Below are positions 20,201 to 29,552 of a stretch of DNA of 48,791 nucleotides, piece by piece. Numbering within the stretch: the stretch's first letter is position 1; every line of letters starts with the position of its first letter. The DNA lies in the IMG/VR virus record IMGVR_UViG_3300042528_000252, positions 1 to 48,791 of that record; one strand, written 5' to 3'. The notes under the pieces were generated by a model that searched no databases, was not told the origin of the DNA, and saw only the letters and a program-made list of their open reading frames with translations. This DNA comes from a virus. Taxonomy: Duplodnaviria; Caudoviricetes. The translations under genes were made by a program, and so were the position numbers.

Positions 20201-23200
20201 AGATCCGCTTATGTTCAAGATGGAGGAACCCATCGTTGGTATATAGGTGGAGTACAAACGGTTGCCATTGGAAGTGCTGTATCTACGAGTGAAAGAATGC
20301 GCATCAATGCTGATGGCAACTTAGGTATAGGCACCAGCACTCCTAGACAAATATTACATTTAAATGGAAGTATTTTATTAGATGGTACTACCAATGGGTA
20401 TGAACAAGGAGCTACTAGAGGTATAGGATATGGTACCAACAATGGTGTTATATCATCCGATGGATTTTCTGGAATGGATATACAGAGTGTAAATGCTCCT
20501 GCTCCATATGGTGGAAACTATAGTCAAAATCTAAGATTCTGGACACATTATTATGGCACAGGCACAGGCAATACACCAAGAATGGTGATTCAATACAATG
20601 GTAGTATTGGTATAGGTACTACTGCTCCAGCTACACTATTACAACTAGGTACTGGTAGTCCTACAACTTCTGCATTTGGTATTCAATTCGGCGATGATAC
20701 AACCGCTAGATTTTATAGAGGTAATGCCGGAATGATTAAAACATTAGCAGCGTTAGAAGTAGGTAGTTATTTCTATACCACAGGCTATGTAAACGCTGGT
20801 AGTGGTGAATATTATCCAGGCGCATATGGTAATACATTCAAAATGTTTGTATCAAATGTCGCACAAACATCTTGGATAAATGGTATAGCAATCGTGCCAG
20901 GTGGTAACGTAGGTATAGGAACAACAACATCGACTGCTAAATTGGAAATATTTGCAAACGTAGCAGCTGCATCAACACCTTCATCAACATTAACACTAAG
21001 TAATGCATCGGATGGTGGTCATAGAATTTTATTCAAATCATCTACAGGAAATCTAGTAGCAATTGATGGTGATATTACTTCATCAGGTGGCGGAACAGAT
21101 GATGGCGTATTTAAAGTTTCAACATCTGCTAACGGATCTTTATCAGAAAGAATGCGTATAATAAGCGATGGCAACGTTGGTATAGGTTCAAGTAGTCCAG
21201 CTTATAAATTAGATGTAAATGGAACGATAGGTTTATCAGGAAGACCATTTGCTTACTCTTCTGGTAATTACACAGGTCTATATGAACCTGCAGGCAATGT
21301 TGCTATTTACTTGGGAAATGCAAGTGACGCTTCAAATTATTATGATAATACCAATCATGTATTCCGAAGCAGAGGTGGTGGAACTAATTACGTTACTATC
21401 AATAGTTCTGGATACATGGGCATAGGTGCATCACCAAATACCAAATTGGATGTGCGTGGTGTAATTCAAGGACAAAGTTATATTTTAGTAGACACAAGTG
21501 GTACAGGTCAAATTGTAAAGCTTGGCACTTTGACAATTCCTCAGAGTGGATATACAGCTCATATAAGAGCATATATACACGCTGGATTTAATGCACTTAA
21601 TACTCAAGATTTTTACGTAGATATTTTCTTCAAAACATCTAACGGAAGTTCTGTAGATGCAAATGGATTTGCTGGAAATAGTTGGTACTATACAAGAGGA
21701 TATACAGATTATAATCCTACACCAAAATGGGTTGGCAATGCGGCTGGTGCAAGTGCTACCGCTTACGATTTATATTTAGCACTACCACCATATACAAATC
21801 GTTCACACTATATTGTTGAAATCGTAGAAGGTGCAACTTGGGTAAACGTTGGTGCATTGGGCCAAACAGATCCAGGTAATGGTAGTAGCACGGTATGTGT
21901 ATCTAGTGTGGGTTTCAATTTACCTCTAGGTAATGTAGGCATCGGTACGACTACAACCACTGCAAAATTAGAAAGTTACTTTTCATCAAATGCGTTGACT
22001 TTCAATTATTTAGCAACCAACTTAAATGTCAATAGTCCAATCCCAGTATATGGATTTGATGTAACCAGTGGATCCGAAACAAGATCAATTAAAGCTGGTA
22101 TTGGTTATGAAAGACATCTTGTAAATGGTAGAGGAACGCTACATTTTTACAATGATAGTGTAGATGATACCGCCAATATTAGCGGTAATAGATCATCTGC
22201 CGGTGACATAAAGATGTCTATTGACAATGCCGGTAATGTTGGCATAGCTACAACCGTTCCTAATTTTAAATTTGAAATTGGAGCTGGATCAAGCAATGTT
22301 GTTGTAGCTAAATTGACACAAGGTTATGAACGTGTCAGATTTCAAGGATTTGATTTATTGGGATATAATGACGGCAATTTGTGGATGATTGGTAACAATG
22401 CTACAAATGGTTTGATTTTAGGTTCAAATTGGGATTGGGATGCTCAAGCTGGAATTTATTATACACCAGGAACATATGGTGCAGCCGGCGGAAGTCTTGA
22501 AATAGGACAATTAACAAAAAATAATGCTAATTTCACCCATGGTAATACAAGATTTTATACCAATGGTGTTGAAAGAATGCGTATAATAAGCACAGGTAAT
22601 GTTGGTATAGGCACATCAAGTCCTGGTGCGCCTCTTACCATATATAGAGCTAGCAATCCGTGGATGAGAATAAATGGTGGTGGTGCTTTTTCATATATCC
22701 AAATGGATGATGGTACAAGTTATGGTTACTTATTTAAAAATACTACGTCTGATACCTCCAATGGCGCTCTAGCCGGAGCAATGTACACTTATACTGATAG
22801 TGGTAAAGCATTTCAACATATTCACTCCGGAGTACCATTATTTACAATATTAAGTGGTGGTAACGTTGGTATAGGTTCAACCGCTCCGGCTAATAAGTTA
22901 CAAGTGGTTGGAGATATAGGATTTAGTGGCGGTACAAGCACCAGAATGTTGGTGTCTTATACAAACTTAACAGACAATGAAGATTGGCAAAATAGTCCAA
23001 TAAGCATAAGAGAAAGAGACTTGGTAGGAAATGCTCAATCAGCTGATAAGTATGGTCCTAATATTAATTTCCACTGGGCAAACAGAGTTTCTTATAGCCT
23101 CTGGGTAAATGCAAATGGTATTTTAAATTGGGGTGACTATAGTGCAGCTGGTATACCAGCAGCGGATGGCATATTTAGGCTTGCAAGTTTACAAGCATCA

Positions 23201-26200
23201 GCAAACATAGGTATAGGTACAACCTCACCGGCCGCATTATTAAATATTCGTGCTTCCACACCATCAGGTACAACTACAGCTATAGCAGGTACAAATTTAC
23301 AAATAGATTCAAATGCTAGCAGTTATATTTCATTTATAAATACCGCAGATAATGGTACATACGCTGGGCTTGTATTCACAGATAATAATAATGGTGGTTA
23401 TATAGTATTTAGAAATTATACAGGGGACGTTGCTACTGGTTCAGACTCGTTGATATACGGAACATATCAAGACCATATATTCCAAACAGGAACAACATCT
23501 GGTGTTAATAGCAGAAATGAAGTAATGCGTATTAAGAATAGTGGTTATGTTGGTATAAATACAAATAATCCAACTGGAAGATTACACATTGTACAAGGCA
23601 ACTCTGGTGGTGTAGCAGCGATTCTTCTTTCAACGGATGAAAGTACAATTCAAGGTCCGAGTGCTAATACACAAATCAGAATGGGAAGTAATTTGGTATT
23701 AAATGCATCTAATGTGATGCCGTTCAATGTCAACGCCAGTGAAACAATGCGTATTATTAATAATGGTAATATTGGCATTGGAACAACCACTCCTCTCGGA
23801 AAGTTACATGTATATGGTTTATTGAGAGTTGGTGGAGCTGCTAATGAACAAACTGGAATAATCGCTTTGGGTAATGATGCTAATTCAGTGGGAACATACG
23901 GTGATAATGGTATGTTTAGAGGAGGTATTGGAACACTAGGCAGTGCAAATTATACAAACATTTCCAGTTATCAAGGTATTGTTTTCAATGTTCAAAACGC
24001 AGCATTTGGTTCTCAAGCTACCAGAATGCTTATCGATGTAAATGGTAACGTGGGTATAGGCACAACAGGTCCTGTTTTTAAACTAGATGTAAACGGAACT
24101 AGTGGATTTAGAGACACTATGGCATTTGGTCCTTCTATAGGATTAATATCATGGGGATCTATGGGTGGTGGAACAGGATTTGGTATTAGAGGTGAAAGCG
24201 GTAGAGCTTTGAGTTTAGGTTCAAATGGTAACTGGGATTATCTTGTCATAAATACATCTGGTAATGTTGGCATCGGTACAACATCTCCACTTGCTAAACT
24301 GCAAGTCAATTCTACAACTGCCGGTGCAACACTATTAAGAGCAGATGGTACCAGTGGTACATTGTTTAGTGTGACAGATGACCTCAACGATAGTTTGATG
24401 AGTGTAAACAATAGTGCTGGTTTGCCTGTACTAGAAGTATTTGCTGATGACAGAATAGTTGGTGGTCAATATGGTAGAAATGATTTTGTTGTAATTAACA
24501 ATAAAGTTGGTATAGGCACAAATAACCCAACTTCGCAACTTGAAGTTGGCAATGTTAATACTTCAGGAACAGGAATAACAGTTTCAGCTAGATATGATCA
24601 ATCAGAAGCCTACATAAGATTTAGATCAGGCCATCCAAATAATTCAAATGTTTGGGAAACCGCTAATATATCAGCTACAGATGGTGGAAATTATAACGGA
24701 ACTCTATCATTTAGAACCGCAGTTGCTAGTCAAAGTTCACCATCAGTTAAAATGACTATATTACCAGCAGGTAATGTTGGTATAGGTACAACAACACCAT
24801 CAACCAGATTGCATATCTATGAAAATGAAAATAGAGTTACATACATAGCACAAAACAATCTTCACACCGCAAGATTTGAAGCATATGGAACAGCTACAGC
24901 AATTGATACAACCGCATCAAATGGTATCTTCTTCAGAATAAATGGCGGTGATATAGTTAAGTTTGCATATGATGGTAACGTAGGTATTGGCACAAGTAGT
25001 CCAACCGCATTATTACACGTAAATGGTGGTTCAATATTAGGTACATCAGGACCAACACTTTCATTCAATGGTAATACTTGTACAGCGGCATCTTACAACT
25101 ATGTAATGGGTGCATCAAATGATGGTGGAAATAAATTAGTAATATTCGTCAATGGATCAGCTAGAACAGATGATGGTGGAGTAAATGCTTTAACTATCAG
25201 AAATGATGGTGGACCATTTGTTCTGGGTCAAGCATCATATCTAACAAGTATTCTTGGTTCATCAGTTACTATCAATAGCAACGTTGCTTTACATGCTGGT
25301 AATTACACATCATATGCCGTTGGTCTTACTACAAATAATACAATCACCGGAATAAATACTCAATACAACGAAACCAATACATTTATAAACAATGTAACCC
25401 ATGGAAATAGAGCATTAACACTTTATCAACCAACTGCCGGAGCAGATGCATATTTGACATTTCATATCGGTGGTGACTTTGCTGCATATTTTGGTTTAGG
25501 CGGCGCAGAAAATGATTTAGTTTATGGTGGATGGAGCGTAGGAGATTTTAGATATCGTATTTTGCATTCAAGCAATCAACCTTACGCTTGGAATTTAAAT
25601 CAAAATTTAAGAACTAGTGATAGTCCTACATTTGTTGCGGTAACAACCAGTGCAGATGGTGCAAATCACATAATGGCAGGAACAGCTAATGCTGAAGGTA
25701 TTAGAATGACACCTGCTAGTGCTACCACATATCCTGTGTTCTTGAGAAGTGTAAATCCATCTGGTGGAGAAGCTTCTCCATGGATTTATAAAGAACAAGC
25801 AACTGATTGGGGTATTTGGCACAACAACCCAGTAAATTCTATTGATTTTACAAAACAGGGTTCTGGAGGTATAGCAAGCAATGTTGGTGGTTCTTCATCA
25901 AACACGGTCACAGTAAGAGTTGAAATGGCAACTGGCTTTGTACAAACAATTGCTGGTTACAGAAATAGTGCAGGTACAACAATTCTAGATAACTCTGGTA
26001 ATATTACAGGTAACGCTGCTACAGCCACAAGTGCTACAAGTGCTACAAGTGCAACCTCCGCCACAAATGCAACAAACGCCACAAATGCTGGATGTATAAC
26101 TTCCGACACAGGAAACGTTGGTGATAGTAGATTGCAATATTGGCAAGTTTCTGGAGATGCAACTTTAAATCCAGACACACAATGGTATAATGCTATTCGT

Positions 26201-27430
26201 ATGGGCCATGGTAATCCGGTAACATACTATAGCAACACACTTGCTGTAAGAATGACTGGCGGAAATCTTGGAGACATTTATACAAGAACCACCACAAATG
26301 GAACTCCAGGAGTTTGGAATAGATTCTGGAACAACAACAATGATGGATCTGGTTCTGGATTGGATGCTGATTTGTTGGATGGATTAGATGTTCACACTGG
26401 AAGAAACAACGAAGCTAACAAAATAGTAAGAACTGATGCTAATGGATATATTCAAGCTGGTTGGATAAATACAACATCAGGTGATATGCCTGATACTCAA
26501 AGTATTGATAAAATTTATTGTTCAAATGACGATTATGTTCGTTATAAAGGTGTTGCGGACTTTAAACAACAAATTGGTTTAACTTTTAAAAATGCTACAC
26601 CAAGAAGTGTTTCAACCGCAGATACCAATTATTGGACAGGAGTCATGGGTTGGAGTAATACAAACTTCAATACTATGGTTACATGGGGAAGTGGATTTAT
26701 TGATAGCTGGGATAGTCCAGGTAATTCTCCAGGCGCTGGATTTACACATTTCGTTGGACTACAATCATTTCACTATACAAATGGTGATACCGATGGCACT
26801 GACAATTATGGATATCAATTGGTAGCTGGTAACGCTAACACTTCACCACTATATCTAAGAGTCAACTGGGGTACGGCTGGATCTTGGAGAACAATGTTGG
26901 ATAGTTCAAACTTTAACTCTTATTCTCCTAGTTTGACAGGCAATGGTGCTAGTGGTAACTGGACTATAAACGTTACAGGTACAGCCGCATCAATCAGTGG
27001 ATTCAACAATCCTGCTACAGCTGCTACTGCAAATACAATTGCATACAGAGATAGTAGTGCTGATTTGACTACAAGATATTTCCTAGCAAATAGAACATCA
27101 GCGGCCGCTGGCCAATGTGGTGTTCAACTACAAACAGGAGGTTCTAGCAAGTGGTGGATGTACATGCGTACTAACGATGATAACGTTCTAGCATTTTATA
27201 CATCTAATGCTACAGCGGATGATATTGTTCGTATGACTTCAACTGGAATGGGTATAAAAGTAGATCCATCCAACAGATTACATATTAATGGTGACAACAC
27301 CAATCCAGCAATTCGTGTAGATAATGGTGCTGTAGCTGTAACTTCGTCATCTTCTGGCGCATCGTTATATGGTTGGTTACCAATATCTATTGCTGGAACT
27401 ACTAGATGGATACAACTTTGGAATAGATAA
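17258..27430 (+). CDS. Giant modular tail-fibre/adhesin protein 3 (3390 aa)
   Basis: About 27-29 GNVGIGT modules; distal part has ATS repeats and the GSGLDADLLDG fibre motif; lacks the DHP..ESP terminal domain. Confidence 0.85.
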   Translation: MADIIINPAVGKIDFFSVKGDNVTNTLKLTGNTLLVTGPLSASSISTGGGGAFVTSVQPTANYLSKFTGNSTIANSLIYDNATNIGIGTSSPLSRLHVSSTTSGTTLLRADGTSGTLFSVTDDLNDSLMSVNNSAGLPVFEVFADDRIVGGQYGRNDFVIVNNKVGIGTNNPIAELHVTSSTSVPSAAFLGGNVGVGTTSPIYPLDIPAASALTRVGSVLIGSWPTTTSLAMFGNSALDQTNAANYALLQSNQGITYLNAASGQSLRLRIANADKLIIDSGGNVGIGTTSFVYGAANRGLVELYGSSDALLALRNSTGNLYIQKTSADVYINNTNSGIMSFATSNAQRMVIFSGGSVSFGSAADLLGSPGNIYLNGNTGNAAGPVVAFGQSDSVTGGIGHLARITGGGTSQDIFIQSQGASNSIGLNANPSGAAIYFQTQGAEKARITAAGNLGIGTSTPATKVDIYGPVSVRGTTVITTNFDLNGGNANDIYGNIRVLRGASLNDGMYIGYGGAGGPIRFYSNSGTTEFMQIATTGNVGIGATSPSYKLDINNGSSQFALRLLGSSSDGPVIRFENTGTSGRIYHVGSTLPTSGAGGGFSIYDVTGTASRILIDTTGNVGISTTGPVGKFDVRPDSSWLQSEAFIVDTDGSNNPRIRLYRPDGATATTAYPIHIRNDSGNLNILTGNAAVLGSETVTSKFYFKSDGNLGIGTTSPSNKLHVSTGTPTSVTTPLASTAILIDSNGDQYLEFRTSGASSGYMQGSVYTDNGRNAFIGYKEYTGAVAGTYGEAIHLVYYDYSASDSNNGLYIGSSTTPASGVSNVHVFVKGNGNVGIGTTSPIAKLDVNGTSNFAANVYHSIGGQKFFAGSGGTYAYIYTGTTALNFINGNDTSTLMTLLNGGSVGIGTTSPLTKFDVRSGYITTGTGTSTSGTIMMGGYYGDGNLTILGTEYSSGGPVLGYGVTPSTTSAGAFLSSTGVNVYRSAYVQDGGTHRWYIGGVQTVAIGSAVSTSERMRINADGNLGIGTSTPRQILHLNGSILLDGTTNGYEQGATRGIGYGTNNGVISSDGFSGMDIQSVNAPAPYGGNYSQNLRFWTHYYGTGTGNTPRMVIQYNGSIGIGTTAPATLLQLGTGSPTTSAFGIQFGDDTTARFYRGNAGMIKTLAALEVGSYFYTTGYVNAGSGEYYPGAYGNTFKMFVSNVAQTSWINGIAIVPGGNVGIGTTTSTAKLEIFANVAAASTPSSTLTLSNASDGGHRILFKSSTGNLVAIDGDITSSGGGTDDGVFKVSTSANGSLSERMRIISDGNVGIGSSSPAYKLDVNGTIGLSGRPFAYSSGNYTGLYEPAGNVAIYLGNASDASNYYDNTNHVFRSRGGGTNYVTINSSGYMGIGASPNTKLDVRGVIQGQSYILVDTSGTGQIVKLGTLTIPQSGYTAHIRAYIHAGFNALNTQDFYVDIFFKTSNGSSVDANGFAGNSWYYTRGYTDYNPTPKWVGNAAGASATAYDLYLALPPYTNRSHYIVEIVEGATWVNVGALGQTDPGNGSSTVCVSSVGFNLPLGNVGIGTTTTTAKLESYFSSNALTFNYLATNLNVNSPIPVYGFDVTSGSETRSIKAGIGYERHLVNGRGTLHFYNDSVDDTANISGNRSSAGDIKMSIDNAGNVGIATTVPNFKFEIGAGSSNVVVAKLTQGYERVRFQGFDLLGYNDGNLWMIGNNATNGLILGSNWDWDAQAGIYYTPGTYGAAGGSLEIGQLTKNNANFTHGNTRFYTNGVERMRIISTGNVGIGTSSPGAPLTIYRASNPWMRINGGGAFSYIQMDDGTSYGYLFKNTTSDTSNGALAGAMYTYTDSGKAFQHIHSGVPLFTILSGGNVGIGSTAPANKLQVVGDIGFSGGTSTRMLVSYTNLTDNEDWQNSPISIRERDLVGNAQSADKYGPNINFHWANRVSYSLWVNANGILNWGDYSAAGIPAADGIFRLASLQASANIGIGTTSPAALLNIRASTPSGTTTAIAGTNLQIDSNASSYISFINTADNGTYAGLVFTDNNNGGYIVFRNYTGDVATGSDSLIYGTYQDHIFQTGTTSGVNSRNEVMRIKNSGYVGINTNNPTGRLHIVQGNSGGVAAILLSTDESTIQGPSANTQIRMGSNLVLNASNVMPFNVNASETMRIINNGNIGIGTTTPLGKLHVYGLLRVGGAANEQTGIIALGNDANSVGTYGDNGMFRGGIGTLGSANYTNISSYQGIVFNVQNAAFGSQATRMLIDVNGNVGIGTTGPVFKLDVNGTSGFRDTMAFGPSIGLISWGSMGGGTGFGIRGESGRALSLGSNGNWDYLVINTSGNVGIGTTSPLAKLQVNSTTAGATLLRADGTSGTLFSVTDDLNDSLMSVNNSAGLPVLEVFADDRIVGGQYGRNDFVVINNKVGIGTNNPTSQLEVGNVNTSGTGITVSARYDQSEAYIRFRSGHPNNSNVWETANISATDGGNYNGTLSFRTAVASQSSPSVKMTILPAGNVGIGTTTPSTRLHIYENENRVTYIAQNNLHTARFEAYGTATAIDTTASNGIFFRINGGDIVKFAYDGNVGIGTSSPTALLHVNGGSILGTSGPTLSFNGNTCTAASYNYVMGASNDGGNKLVIFVNGSARTDDGGVNALTIRNDGGPFVLGQASYLTSILGSSVTINSNVALHAGNYTSYAVGLTTNNTITGINTQYNETNTFINNVTHGNRALTLYQPTAGADAYLTFHIGGDFAAYFGLGGAENDLVYGGWSVGDFRYRILHSSNQPYAWNLNQNLRTSDSPTFVAVTTSADGANHIMAGTANAEGIRMTPASATTYPVFLRSVNPSGGEASPWIYKEQATDWGIWHNNPVNSIDFTKQGSGGIASNVGGSSSNTVTVRVEMATGFVQTIAGYRNSAGTTILDNSGNITGNAATATSATSATSATSATNATNATNAGCITSDTGNVGDSRLQYWQVSGDATLNPDTQWYNAIRMGHGNPVTYYSNTLAVRMTGGNLGDIYTRTTTNGTPGVWNRFWNNNNDGSGSGLDADLLDGLDVHTGRNNEANKIVRTDANGYIQAGWINTTSGDMPDTQSIDKIYCSNDDYVRYKGVADFKQQIGLTFKNATPRSVSTADTNYWTGVMGWSNTNFNTMVTWGSGFIDSWDSPGNSPGAGFTHFVGLQSFHYTNGDTDGTDNYGYQLVAGNANTSPLYLRVNWGTAGSWRTMLDSSNFNSYSPSLTGNGASGNWTINVTGTAASISGFNNPATAATANTIAYRDSSADLTTRYFLANRTSAAAGQCGVQLQTGGSSKWWMYMRTNDDNVLAFYTSNATADDIVRMTSTGMGIKVDPSNRLHINGDNTNPAIRVDNGAVAVTSSSSGASLYGWLPISIAGTTRWIQLWNR
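17579..17773 (+). repeat. Intragenic duplicated module, copy 1
   Basis: 65 codons, 62/65 aa identical to 24335-24529. Confidence 0.9.
24335..24529 (+). repeat. Intragenic duplicated module, copy 2
   Basis: Matches 17579-17773; differences almost all synonymous. Confidence 0.9.
26015..26089 (+). repeat. Coding (ATS/ATN)n triplet repeat
   Basis: AATATSATSATSATSATNATNATNA. Confidence 0.8.
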
Positions 27431-27434
27431 TATT

Positions 27435-27707
27435 ATGGACAATATAGAATACAAAATATCTAGATATGAACTTTACCCACCAGATTTTCACACATCAATA
27501 TCTGTTGGTTTTTTAATAAAAGACAACGTTACAAATGTAACAGGAACAATTGATTTGTTGGTACCATTAGAAGAAGTTAATGGTAAAACCCCAAAGGAAG
27601 TATGTGATTTAGCATTTTCTAAAGCGTCAGACCGACACCAAAGTTTAATGGAATACTTTCAGAAAAAAAGAGATAGTGTAGTAAATAGTTATTTTATAAA
27701 AGACTAA
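27435..27707 (+). CDS. Small protein downstream of fibre 3 (putative fibre assembly protein)
   Basis: ATG 27435 lies 4 nt after the fibre stop and is preferred to 27369, which overlaps the fibre gene; function inferred from position only. Confidence 0.6.
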   Translation: MDNIEYKISRYELYPPDFHTSISVGFLIKDNVTNVTGTIDLLVPLEEVNGKTPKEVCDLAFSKASDRHQSLMEYFQKKRDSVVNSYFIKD

Positions 27708-28335
27708 CTACTTCTCTTTTCAAAACAATACTTGGATCTATTGTAACCATATATCCAGCTTTTGCGGCGGACAAACACCACGAAACATCCTCCGATGCCA
27801 AATATTTTATTCTTTTAAAACCGAATATTTCAGGTTTAAACCAAGGATACGTCATGCTTTCAAATACTCCATTTTTAACAAGCATAAATCCCAAAGATGT
27901 GGCTACCACAGGAAATGTTCCATATTGACTTTTCATATCTTTAACCTCATCTATAGTCATGAGTTTAAAGTAACCATTTTTTTTGTAAAAGTCTTCGTCC
28001 CAGTACTGAATTGTTGAATATGATTTTCCATCATCGGATAAATATATTCCACTAACTATGTTAGTATCATGATCCAATAATTGTTCAAATTGATCTGGGG
28101 TAAATAAAATATTATTGTCTATCCACATTATATAGTCATAATCAACTTTACCACCAAAAGGTTTTTGATTGGGTCCACCTAAACACAAGTTTCTTATATT
28201 ATAACAATCATCATGAGATCTTTGTGCTACATTAACTTTATAATTTTTATTTAAACAATGAACCAACAAATTTGTCCAACAAGTCAAGAATCGACCACTA
28301 TACTCAGAACCAGGTAAACAAAACAATATATTCAT
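27694..28335 (-). CDS. GT-A fold glycosyltransferase-like protein
   Basis: ILFCLPG start, DYDYIMWIDNN (DxD position), IVSGIY, GFMLVK.GVFE...YPWF, SEDVSWC; start moved to MNILF at 28335. Confidence 0.7.
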   Translation of the reverse strand: MNILFCLPGSEYSGRFLTCWTNLLVHCLNKNYKVNVAQRSHDDCYNIRNLCLGGPNQKPFGGKVDYDYIMWIDNNILFTPDQFEQLLDHDTNIVSGIYLSDDGKSYSTIQYWDEDFYKKNGYFKLMTIDEVKDMKSQYGTFPVVATSLGFMLVKNGVFESMTYPWFKPEIFGFKRIKYLASEDVSWCLSAAKAGYMVTIDPSIVLKREVVSLL

Positions 28336-28392
28336 TTGCTTGATATATATAAAACACAAAAATATAATTAACAATTTATCGATTTGTTGTCA

Positions 28393-28400
28393 TATTTATT
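28393..28400 (+). promoter_or_regulatory. Candidate late promoter variant TATTTATT
   Basis: In the divergent intergenic gap, 22 nt before ATG 28423. Confidence 0.4.
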
Positions 28401-28422
28401 AGAGAAACAAGATTAAGATATT

Positions 28423-29052
28423 ATGAGTGAAAACGTACCAACAATTACATGGAAAGTAACAAACCTAGATTGTTACCCAAAATATGATCAAGAAACAGAC
28501 GTTGTATTTACAGTCCACTGGGATTGTCTAGGTAATATGACCGTTGCAACCGGCAGTTTAAGTGGAAGTACTTACAATAGCCGTGTATATGGTACAACCG
28601 GCGTAATGTATCATAGTGGTAGCAACTTTACCCCATACAACCAACTAACACAACCACAAGTTTTGGGTTGGGTATTTGAATCAATGGGACCACAACAAAA
28701 GGCTAATTACGAAACAGCCGCTGCAAATGCAATTTATACACAAATTGATCCTCCAGTAATTTCACCTCCTCTACCTTGGGCACCAGTACCACCAACCATC
28801 GTAGTTCAACCAGTTGGTGCAACAATCGCCGTTGGTAGTGATTATACTTTTAATGTTGAAGCAACTGGTAGCTTACCTCTATCATATCAATGGTACAGAA
28901 ACAGCACAGCAGTTGAAGGTCAAACTTCAACATCATTTACAATCGTAAGTGCATCTGTTAGTGACACCAATAATTATAGCGTTAACGTATTCAACGATGG
29001 TGGATCAATGCCAAGTAACATAGTACAACTAACAGTTTCAGGTTCAATTTAA
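28423..29052 (+). CDS. Fibre-associated protein (DUF7936-like N-terminus) fused to an Ig-like domain
   Basis: TWKV..LD......DVVFTVHW..PY.QLT...VLGWV..PLPW, then PPTIVVQP..V.ATGS.PLSYQWY.N..D...YSV.V.N Ig signature; DUF name is from memory. Confidence 0.7.
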   Translation: MSENVPTITWKVTNLDCYPKYDQETDVVFTVHWDCLGNMTVATGSLSGSTYNSRVYGTTGVMYHSGSNFTPYNQLTQPQVLGWVFESMGPQQKANYETAAANAIYTQIDPPVISPPLPWAPVPPTIVVQPVGATIAVGSDYTFNVEATGSLPLSYQWYRNSTAVEGQTSTSFTIVSASVSDTNNYSVNVFNDGGSMPSNIVQLTVSGSI

Positions 29053-29076
29053 ACAAATAAACACAAGTTATAACCT

Positions 29077-29268
29077 ATGGAACAAAATCAAGTAAATCTA
29101 TCACAATTCAACATCAACGAATTAAAAGCTCTTGCTTATGATGAAGTTGTTAAAATCAACACCACAAGCAACAATTTAAGAGTTCTTAACCAAGAACTCG
29201 CAAAACGTCAACAACAAGGTGCTGTAGATGCAGAACCTGTTGTAGCAGAACCACAAAACAATAACTAA
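29077..29268 (+). CDS. Small coiled-coil protein, paralog 1
   Basis: ELKALAYDE...NLRVLNQELAKR. Confidence 0.75.
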   Translation: MEQNQVNLSQFNINELKALAYDEVVKINTTSNNLRVLNQELAKRQQQGAVDAEPVVAEPQNNN

Positions 29269-29284
29269 AGAAAGTTACAAACAT

Positions 29285-29485
29285 ATGGAAAAGAAGTTAT
29301 CAGACCTAACAATAGTTGAACTAAAGAGCCTAGCTTATGATGAACTAGCTCGTTTGGAAGCAGCACAATCAAACTTGCGTATTCTAAACCAAGAAATTGG
29401 AAATCGTGCTCAGCAAGCTCAACAAGGTAGTTTGGTGAACCCACCAGACGTACAAGCTAGTCCAGCTGGTTCGGTCTCACTATAA
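29285..29485 (+). CDS. Small coiled-coil protein, paralog 2
   Basis: ELKSLAYDE...NLRILNQEIGNR. Confidence 0.75.
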   Translation: MEKKLSDLTIVELKSLAYDELARLEAAQSNLRILNQEIGNRAQQAQQGSLVNPPDVQASPAGSVSL

Positions 29486-29518
29486 AATTTCACTCATCAT
29501 CTAATCAATTGTTAAATC

Positions 29519-29552
29519 AAAAAGGGATCCTTAATTGGATCCCTCTTTTTTT
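29519..29552. terminator. Bidirectional intrinsic terminator between convergent gene blocks
   Basis: A-tract, AGGGATCC-ttaatt-GGATCCCT stem-loop, T-tract. Confidence 0.85.

Noticed and set aside
17579-24529. Possible diversity-generating retroelement TR/VR pair
   Set aside because: Differences are synonymous third-position changes of all base types, not adenine-specific; both copies are coding; no reverse transcriptase in the window.
2-27430. Invertase-driven shufflon for fibre variation
   Set aside because: All modules are in direct orientation and in frame; no inverted silent cassettes or recombinase gene in the window.
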